IMG/VR virus record: IMGVR_UViG_3300043470_002422
Source of the DNA: a virus
Taxonomy: Duplodnaviria; Heunggongvirae; Uroviricota; Caudoviricetes
Strand: one strand, 5' to 3'
Length of the DNA: 33,609 nt
Numbering within the stretch: position 1 is the stretch's first letter; every line of letters begins with the position of its first letter. Made by a program: the position numbers and the translations under genes. The notes under the pieces were generated by a model. That model did no database searches. It was not told where the DNA came from and saw only the letters and a list, made by a program, of their open reading frames with translations. Positions 26,612-33,609 of this stretch are shown piece after piece.

Positions 26612-28121
26612 TAAAGCAATTTTTGGTGTTGATGATTCTTACTTTTTAGAATTTTGGCCTATACAAGCTAGGATTTGTAAAGAGTTATTAAACATAGAAC
26701 CTGTTCTATTTTATATTTGTGATGAGGATAGCGACTTCTATAATGATGGGAACGGTTTAGTTAAGAAAATTAAAAAAGTAAAAAACACTCAAAATGGTAA
26801 TGTAATAAATTCTGGATTACTTGCTTGTATTGTACGAATGTATGGCACGAAATATTTTCCAGATGAGGTGTGTCTTACTTGCGATTTAGATATGCTAATG
26901 ATTAATAAAGATTATTTCGTTAATCAAATTGAAAAATATGATAATGATAGTTTAGTTATTTATTCAAGTGATGCGTATGATTTAAATAGACCAGAAGCGA
27001 TTGAGCTGTTTAAAAATCAACCATTTCCTTTTACCCAAGAAATGTATAACTATCCATATAATGCGGCTAAAGGTAGAGTATTTGACAAAATTTTAGACAC
27101 TAATTGTACTTTTGAAGAGTTTACTAATCGTCACGGAAATTATAAACCAGGATATCATTTTATGTGGATGATTGATGAGTTTTATTTTGCGGATTGTGTA
27201 AATAATAAAAATCACGGTATTGAAGTTCATAAACTTAAAAGAGGATACATTTCTCCTTGGATTGCTGATAGAAGAATTGATAGAGGAAATTTCCCTGTTA
27301 AATTAGAGTGGGATGGTGAAATTGAATTCCAAAAAAAATATGGTATTTACGATGAAAAAAAACTTAGAGATGGTTATTATATTGACGTAAATTGTTGTAG
27401 ACCTTATAGCAAATATAAACAAGCGATAGATGATTTAATAGATATTGTATTGTGTGATAAAAATAATATACAGAATAATATAATGTATGATTTAGGGATA
27501 AAACACCAAACGGATAAAATAGTACATCATAGATATGATAGGATTTATCCTTTATTTTTAGATCGATTAAAAAACTCACCGATAAAACTTTTTGAAGTTG
27601 GATGTGGTTCTGATTATGCATCATTTAACATGTGGAAAGAATATTTTCCAAGCGGGATGATATTTTCTATGGACATTAATGAAGAAATTGAAACAGATAG
27701 AGGCATAGTTTATAAAGGGGACCAAACCAAAGAAGAAGATCTAAATAGAATGGTCGAAATAATTGGTAAGTGTGATATAATAATTGATGACGGAAGTCAT
27801 GTACCGCAACACCAAATAGAAACATTTAATTATCTTTTTGAAAACATGCTAGAAAATGGTGGGATTTATATTATTGAGGATATTGAGTGTAATTATTGGA
27901 ATCCAAGAAATATGATTTACGATTACCAAATAGGTGACTATAATATTGTGGACTATTTTCAGTCTTTACCGCACAAAATAAACTCGGAATTTAGTAATAT
28001 GAAAAATCATAAATCAATCTCGTCACTAACTTTTTTCAAAAATTGTATAATTTTAACTAAAATGACATCTGATGAAATTGAAGAAAATAAACAAGAATAT
28101 AGATTTAAAAATATGTTATGA
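26601..28121 (+). CDS. Fusion of a putative GT-A glycosyltransferase and a MycE/TylE-type sugar O-methyltransferase
   Basis: N-terminal: FWP, IVRMY, TCDLDML (DxD). From 27483: TDK..HH.Y...Y, LFEVGCG, MWKEYFP, GDQT, IIIDDGSH, GG.YIIEDI..NYW. Confidence 0.75.
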   Translation: MKINKAIFGVDDSYFLEFWPIQARICKELLNIEPVLFYICDEDSDFYNDGNGLVKKIKKVKNTQNGNVINSGLLACIVRMYGTKYFPDEVCLTCDLDMLMINKDYFVNQIEKYDNDSLVIYSSDAYDLNRPEAIELFKNQPFPFTQEMYNYPYNAAKGRVFDKILDTNCTFEEFTNRHGNYKPGYHFMWMIDEFYFADCVNNKNHGIEVHKLKRGYISPWIADRRIDRGNFPVKLEWDGEIEFQKKYGIYDEKKLRDGYYIDVNCCRPYSKYKQAIDDLIDIVLCDKNNIQNNIMYDLGIKHQTDKIVHHRYDRIYPLFLDRLKNSPIKLFEVGCGSDYASFNMWKEYFPSGMIFSMDINEEIETDRGIVYKGDQTKEEDLNRMVEIIGKCDIIIDDGSHVPQHQIETFNYLFENMLENGGIYIIEDIECNYWNPRNMIYDYQIGDYNIVDYFQSLPHKINSEFSNMKNHKSISSLTFFKNCIILTKMTSDEIEENKQEYRFKNML

Positions 28122-28693
28122 AAAATAAAGAAGAAAAAATTGAAGAATTACTACTTACACCAAGAATGTTTTATAGTGATTTTAAACCTAGATATAATCA
28201 ATTGAAAGGTTTAAAAATGCTGATAGATAAATTTATTGATGATAATATGACCATGGTTGAAATAGGTTCTTTTGCTGGGGTTAGTAGTGAATTATTCTCA
28301 CTACACTGTAAAAAAATATATTGTGTTGACTTATGGGACCCATATTGGGAAATAACAGATAAACAAAAAGTAGAATTTGCGGAGTATTCTTTTGATAAGA
28401 TGTCTAAAAATTATAACAATATAGTAAAAATTAAAAATAGTAGTGTCGAAGCGGCAAAACAATTTGATGATAACTCTTTAGATTTTGTTTATATTGATGC
28501 GGCACATGACTATGAAAGTGTAAGGCAGGATATTTTAACTTGGTTACCAAAGGTTAAAAAGGGAGGATATATCGGAGGACATGATTTTAGATTTGATGAA
28601 AACATCGGTGTATATGAAGCTGTTAATGATATTTTTTGTTACGATTATATGATAACATCATTCCCTGATTCAAGTTTTGTTGTAGAAGTATGA
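28118..28693 (+). CDS. Class I SAM methyltransferase (Methyltransf_24-like)
   Basis: VEIGSFAGVS, VDLW, LDFVYIDAAHDYESV..DI..WLPKVKKGGYIGGHD. Confidence 0.87.
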   Translation: MKNKEEKIEELLLTPRMFYSDFKPRYNQLKGLKMLIDKFIDDNMTMVEIGSFAGVSSELFSLHCKKIYCVDLWDPYWEITDKQKVEFAEYSFDKMSKNYNNIVKIKNSSVEAAKQFDDNSLDFVYIDAAHDYESVRQDILTWLPKVKKGGYIGGHDFRFDENIGVYEAVNDIFCYDYMITSFPDSSFVVEV

Positions 28694-29670
28694 GAAAAAT
28701 AGTTTTAATAAGTTCATATTGCGATACTCAGGAAAAAATTGATATTTTATACGACAATATAAAAATATTAAAGGGGTTAGATTTAGATACGTTAGTAATA
28801 AGTCCAATCACATTACCTGAAGACATAATAGAACTATCTGATTTTGTTTTTTTTACAAAAGAAAATCCTTTGCTAAATTGGCCGGTTCGTGGATTTACTT
28901 TTTGGGAAACAAATTTTTCTAAAGATGGTTGGATGACCATGCACAGAAATGTTGCGGAATATGGATGGGCTGGTTTATACCAAATAAAAAAAATGAGTCA
29001 AATTGCATTAAGTTATGATTACGATTATTTTTATCACATAATATATGATTTGGAAATTGATGAATACGTTATTGATACTATAAATTCTAATATAACTAAC
29101 TTAGTACATCCAAGAATTAATCCTAATAATAATGATGATTGGTGGGATTGTACTCTGCATTTTATGATATTTGATAGGGAAATAATGGGTAAAATTGTTG
29201 ATGTAATAAATCTTGATGATTATTTGAAGCTGGATGGTGTTGCCGAAGGACAAGCGTTATTATGGACTAAATTATTCCCAATCCAAATTTCAAAAACACC
29301 AGTAAGAGATAAAATTTATTATTGGGGTGACAGGGGATTTTTTGATTACTCAATGAACCCAAAATATAAATTATTTATTAGTAAAAATACACCAACAACC
29401 TGTTGGATTTCTGAAGACGATGTTAATATTGAAAAACCAATATCCTCTAACCTTAGATTTTATATTTATGACATCAAAGAACCTCAAAAATTAACATTCA
29501 ATTTAGATGAAGTTCTTTATGAGAGAGAATTAAGTGAAAATGAAATTTTTGAGTTTGAAGTAGATTCAAATACAATAAAAAATATAAAATTAATTGACAC
29601 TTATGGTGAGTATGATTACTCTACTATCTATAAAGAAATTGATAGAAATTTAATTTACTTAGGACATTAG
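28690..29670 (+). CDS. Hypothetical protein, candidate GT-A glycosyltransferase (paralog of 25068-26057)
   Basis: IVLISSYC, VISPI, F.TKENPLLNW, YHIIYDLEI. Confidence 0.6.
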   Translation: MRKIVLISSYCDTQEKIDILYDNIKILKGLDLDTLVISPITLPEDIIELSDFVFFTKENPLLNWPVRGFTFWETNFSKDGWMTMHRNVAEYGWAGLYQIKKMSQIALSYDYDYFYHIIYDLEIDEYVIDTINSNITNLVHPRINPNNNDDWWDCTLHFMIFDREIMGKIVDVINLDDYLKLDGVAEGQALLWTKLFPIQISKTPVRDKIYYWGDRGFFDYSMNPKYKLFISKNTPTTCWISEDDVNIEKPISSNLRFYIYDIKEPQKLTFNLDEVLYERELSENEIFEFEVDSNTIKNIKLIDTYGEYDYSTIYKEIDRNLIYLGH

Positions 29671-29698
29671 AAGACTAACTTAAATATTAATTAAAAAT

Positions 29699-30088
29699 AT
29701 GATATACAATCCAAAAATTTACATAGATAAAAGTCCGATCCATGGTTGGGGGGTTTTTGCCAAAGAGCATATAAAGGAAGGAGAAATATTCGAGGTTTGT
29801 CCTGTTATCACACTCCCCATCAATAAAGGAGAATCCAGTTCTCTTTTAATAGACTATAGATTCAACTGGCCACAGGGAAATGAATGGGAAGAACAAGTTT
29901 TCTCTTTCGGTTTTGGTGGGTTGTATAACCATAGAAATGATGCAAATTCTTATTGGAGATCCAATATTGAAAACAAAACTTTTGAATTTATTGCACACAG
30001 GGACATTTTTCCAGGGGAGGAAATTTTCATCTGGTATGGAGACATAGGGTATTGGAACGACGGGAGAACTCACACGGAAGTGATATAG
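29699..30088 (+). CDS. Stand-alone SET-domain protein-lysine methyltransferase
   Basis: SPIHGWGVFAKE.I..GE..E, LYNH...AN, RDI.PGEEI.I.YG. Confidence 0.88.
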   Translation: MIYNPKIYIDKSPIHGWGVFAKEHIKEGEIFEVCPVITLPINKGESSSLLIDYRFNWPQGNEWEEQVFSFGFGGLYNHRNDANSYWRSNIENKTFEFIAHRDIFPGEEIFIWYGDIGYWNDGRTHTEVI

Positions 30089-30134
30089 TTTTTTAATATA
30101 TAAATAGGATCGTATATTAAAAAAAAAGAATCCT

Positions 30135-33100
30135 ATGAAAAACTTATTTAAACTTCTGCTTCTTTCTTTGCTCTTGTTCTTACCTGCAAAAGCTAGTGCT
30201 ACCCATATGATGGGTGGAGACATTTCCTATGAATGTATTTCACCAGGTAAGTATAAATTATTCATAAAAATCTATAGGGATTGTAGAGGTATTTCATTTA
30301 ACAACCCAACAATTAGTGCTTATTGTGTTGATGGAAATGGTGGTATTACTAATAATACTCCTATAACATATACAAGAACAGCTATCAATGACATTACACC
30401 AAATTGTTCTTCAGGTACTGCGCCATGTAATCCTGAAAACACTACAGTAACTTCTGAAGGTATTGAAGAACATGTTTTTGAAGCTATCATGGATTTTAAT
30501 ACAGATCCTTTTAAAGCTTTAAAGGATGCAGGTTGTTGTGAAATTAGAATTAAAGTAGAACAGTGTTGTAGAAACGATGCTATAAATACTATCAATCCCG
30601 GAAATTTCTTTACTGATGCAATGATTAACATCTGTAACATTGCTAAAACTAAAAAAAAATGTAACACTTCTCCTCAATTATCTATACCTCCTGTTGCTTA
30701 TATTTGTTGTAACCAACCATTTAGATATAATAATGGTGTTCGTGAAGTTACTGATGGTGATAGTTTATCTTATGAACTTTCAACTCCATTAAGCGCTCAT
30801 AACACTAATGAAAACTATGCTGGTGGGTTTAATTCTCAAATTCCAATGACTCCTTATTGTCCTCCAAATCCAGGAATTATTAATTGCAGACCATTACCTA
30901 ATGCTAATCCACCAAGAGGTATTTATTTTGATAAAGAAACAGGTGATATTGTTTTTACACCTACAAAATGTGATGAAGTAGGAGTTATAGTAATTCAAAT
31001 TAATGAATGGAGAAAGGATTCTACAACTAATAAATGGATACTAATCGGTTTTACAAGACGGGATATGCAACTTATTGTTAAACAATGTCCTGATAACAAC
31101 CCACCTTCATTTCCTGACTCTAAAAACAAATACTCTGTATGTGAAGGAGAAAAAATATGTTTTAGAATTAAAACAAAAGATGATCCGTTTTTACCTAATC
31201 AAACAAGAGCAGACACTACTACTTTAACTTGGAACAACGGTATTCCAGGTGCTACTTTTAATATAGTAAATTTAAATGTTAGGGAAAGAGAAGCAGAATT
31301 TTGTTGGACTACTAAAATTGGAGATGCTAGACCTAATCCTTATTCATTTACAGTTACAGTCAAAGATGATAATTGTCCCAAACCAGCATCAGCTAATAGA
31401 GGTTATAATATTACTGTTGCACCTAGAGCTGTAGATACCCGTAAGTATACCGTTTTAGATTGTGGTAAATTAAAGTTTACAGCCACTCCTAAAGATACAG
31501 TTAACTACAATCCTAAAAACTATAGATACAAATATGTAATTAGAGATTCAACAAACAGCGGTGTTCCGTTTTTTATGACTTTTAACAGAACTGATAGTTT
31601 TAAATTTAAACGTGGTGGAAAATATATCATTGAACACGAAATCAATAATCCTCCGTTCAATTGCCCAACCATTTATTCAGATACTATTATTATACCACCT
31701 GTATTAGATGTTGAGTTATCCTTTGGTAAAGACACATTTATATGTGCAGGTAATTCATTAACAGTAGAACCAATTGTAGCTTATGGTTTTGCTCCTTATA
31801 AATTTAGATGGGAAGTGCCTGTTGGAACTCATAATCCTGCAGATACTTTAAATAAAATTACCATTACACCAACTCAGACGACTCGGATTGCACTTAGACT
31901 TACCGATAAAAATAAATGTGTAGACTCTGATACCATTTTGATTAAATACATTAAAAATCCTATCGTTGACCTTGGTCCTGACCGAAGAATATGTACTTAT
32001 GATTTTGCTACATTAGATGCTCAAAATGCAGATACTCTAATGTATGAATGGAGTTCGAATGGAGTTACGATTATTGGATCAAGTACCCTTGTAGTAAATT
32101 TATACGAAAAAATATTCCCTTCTCAAAAGTATTCAGTTAAGGTATTAGATAGTGTTTACAAATGTTTTGATACTGATACAATAGAGGTATTTGTCAATGA
32201 CACAGTTATAGCTCTTTCTGGAGGGGATAGAGAAATTTGTATTTTTGATACCTTAAAAGTTACATCTAAACGTAAGCCATTGGGATACACTCGTCAAATT
32301 ACTTGGAGAGATATTATTTCTGGTACAACTATGGCAACTGATAGCGCTTTCAGTTTAAGAATATCCACACTTGCGACTCGTAAATATGAAATGCTTTTAA
32401 GAGTTAATCAAAAAGGAGTTATCTGTGAAGACTTAGACACATTTACTTTAACTGTTAATCCATTACCTGCCTTTACTCCAACAATACTACCACCTAGATG
32501 TTATCAAGATGGTGCTATTAATTTAAATTTAGCTAACTTTGCTACTGCAAATAATAAAACAATTCCTGCTGACTCGATTAGATTCTTTCAAACTAAAACA
32601 CCAAGTTGGATTACAGGTGGTCCTGTAGGTAGAAATACTTTTGTTTGGAATTTTCCAATTTACATTACTAACGCTCAAGTACCTAAAGCAGGTTTAACTG
32701 ATGTAATTAGTTATGATTATAGAGATAAAAAAGGATGTTATAATAGAGGTAGTCATTCAATTAGATTAAATCCTAATCCTGTAGTTAAATTAAGAGAAAG
32801 ATCATTTTGTCAAAAACCCTATCTCCCAACAAATGGGTCTGGTAATACATCAGGGTCTCAATATGGAGAAAGTTTAGTAGATCTTAGCGTTTTAATAGTG
32901 TCTCCGTTCTCTAGAATTGGTGGTATAGAAACATTTAGATGTTTATCTGTTCCTGATGGTTCAGGTGTTAATCCCGATCTTATTATATTTTGGGATAATT
33001 CAATCCCTGCAAAGCCATTATTTGATCCCGGATCTCCTGAAGAACCTCAAAAAACAGGTAAATACGAAATAGAGTATTGTTTCCAAGATGCAGTTTCAGG

Positions 33101-33609
33101 TTGTAAATCATGTGATTCAGTAATAATTGACGTTATTAAATTACCTGAAATACAATTTGAATTTATACCTAGTCAATGTATTAACTTTCCTGAGTTAGAT
33201 TTAAATAACTATGCTAAAGATAGAAACACAGATAAGTTTTTAGTAGATGGAATTTGGTCTACTGTTGAGTTTAGAAATTCAAGAGATAAATCAAATCCTA
33301 CTATATCAAATGCTTTAAACAACTCAATAAAATTAAACAAATTCAACCCATCAGTTGCTGGAGCAGGACAGTATTTAATAAAATTATTTGATAATTCAAG
33401 TGGTTGTTTAGTTGAGGATAGTATAGAGGTAGTAGTTAATGGTTTACCTATTGTTAAAATAGATTTGCCTGACACTATTTGTTCAAGTTTATCTACATTA
33501 GAATTAACAAGTATACAACCCGGAGGAAATGTAGGTAAATGGTCAGGTGAAGGAGTTGTTGGAAATGAATTTGATCCAAGTATTTCTCCTAAATCAAAAC
33601 AATATGAAG
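30135..33609 (+). CDS. Large secreted Cys-rich Ig/PKD-repeat surface protein of Bacteroidota T9SS-cargo type (partial, >1158 aa)
   Basis: Translated by hand: open from ATG 30135 to the window end. Signal peptide MKNLFKLLLLSLLLFLPAKASA; THMMGGDISYEC...YRDCRG; QCCRN; DGDSLSYEL; TGDIVFTP; RRDMQLIV; repeats such as VDLGPDRRIC, TVNPLP, VVVNGLPIV. Confidence 0.85.
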   Translation, partial: MKNLFKLLLLSLLLFLPAKASATHMMGGDISYECISPGKYKLFIKIYRDCRGISFNNPTISAYCVDGNGGITNNTPITYTRTAINDITPNCSSGTAPCNPENTTVTSEGIEEHVFEAIMDFNTDPFKALKDAGCCEIRIKVEQCCRNDAINTINPGNFFTDAMINICNIAKTKKKCNTSPQLSIPPVAYICCNQPFRYNNGVREVTDGDSLSYELSTPLSAHNTNENYAGGFNSQIPMTPYCPPNPGIINCRPLPNANPPRGIYFDKETGDIVFTPTKCDEVGVIVIQINEWRKDSTTNKWILIGFTRRDMQLIVKQCPDNNPPSFPDSKNKYSVCEGEKICFRIKTKDDPFLPNQTRADTTTLTWNNGIPGATFNIVNLNVREREAEFCWTTKIGDARPNPYSFTVTVKDDNCPKPASANRGYNITVAPRAVDTRKYTVLDCGKLKFTATPKDTVNYNPKNYRYKYVIRDSTNSGVPFFMTFNRTDSFKFKRGGKYIIEHEINNPPFNCPTIYSDTIIIPPVLDVELSFGKDTFICAGNSLTVEPIVAYGFAPYKFRWEVPVGTHNPADTLNKITITPTQTTRIALRLTDKNKCVDSDTILIKYIKNPIVDLGPDRRICTYDFATLDAQNADTLMYEWSSNGVTIIGSSTLVVNLYEKIFPSQKYSVKVLDSVYKCFDTDTIEVFVNDTVIALSGGDREICIFDTLKVTSKRKPLGYTRQITWRDIISGTTMATDSAFSLRISTLATRKYEMLLRVNQKGVICEDLDTFTLTVNPLPAFTPTILPPRCYQDGAINLNLANFATANNKTIPADSIRFFQTKTPSWITGGPVGRNTFVWNFPIYITNAQVPKAGLTDVISYDYRDKKGCYNRGSHSIRLNPNPVVKLRERSFCQKPYLPTNGSGNTSGSQYGESLVDLSVLIVSPFSRIGGIETFRCLSVPDGSGVNPDLIIFWDNSIPAKPLFDPGSPEEPQKTGKYEIEYCFQDAVSGCKSCDSVIIDVIKLPEIQFEFIPSQCINFPELDLNNYAKDRNTDKFLVDGIWSTVEFRNSRDKSNPTISNALNNSIKLNKFNPSVAGAGQYLIKLFDNSSGCLVEDSIEVVVNGLPIVKIDLPDTICSSLSTLELTSIQPGGNVGKWSGEGVVGNEFDPSISPKSKQYE

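Noticed and set aside
30099-30106. T4 late promoter TATAAATA before the giant ORF
   Set aside because: Single intergenic copy in AT-rich DNA; the structural-type genes here use GATATATA instead. Not excluded, but unsupported.
1264-33475. Short antisense or alternate-frame ORFs in the track (e.g. 1264-1461, 3304-3627, 5619-5801, 6573-6833, 8513-8749, 16867-17103, 20193-20432, 29846-30223, 30320-30667, 33209-33475)
   Set aside because: They lie within longer genes that have recognisable motifs, and look like shadow ORFs.
1-33609. Stop-codon reassignment as seen in some huge phages
   Set aside because: Conserved genes are full length in code 11, and TAA, TAG and TGA all end genes.

Overview
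This window looks like part of a large T4-like (myovirus/jumbo) phage genome, about 30% GC by eye and read in the standard code. The host is probably a Bacteroidota bacterium (inference: starts lack Shine-Dalgarno sites and are A-rich, and a Bacteroidota-type surface protein is present). In order, it holds: (i) sugar cluster 1 (PseB/FnlA-type dehydratase, GT11, GT17, RfbH-type 3-dehydrase, RmlD-like reductase) ending at tRNA-Ser(UGA); (ii) putative head-associated proteins with peptidoglycan-binding or OmpA-like domains, plus two signal-peptide proteins; (iii) a T4-type recombination/replication operon (uvsX, gp41 helicase, gp47, gp46); (iv) a small virion module (PKD protein, gp15-like protein, Mtd_N-collagen mini-fibre); (v) an 11-gene cluster 2 led by a GT4/TibC-type heptosyltransferase fusion, with amino-, acetyl- and methyltransferases and a SET protein; (vi) a >1158-aa signal-peptide, Cys-rich Ig-repeat ORF that runs off the window end and is missing from the ORF track. 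The best candidate for a new system is phage-encoded protein O-glycosylation of Ser/Thr-rich virion or surface proteins. Three recurrent upstream motifs appear to sort the genes into expression classes. All family calls are by-eye motif recognition; no database searches were run.
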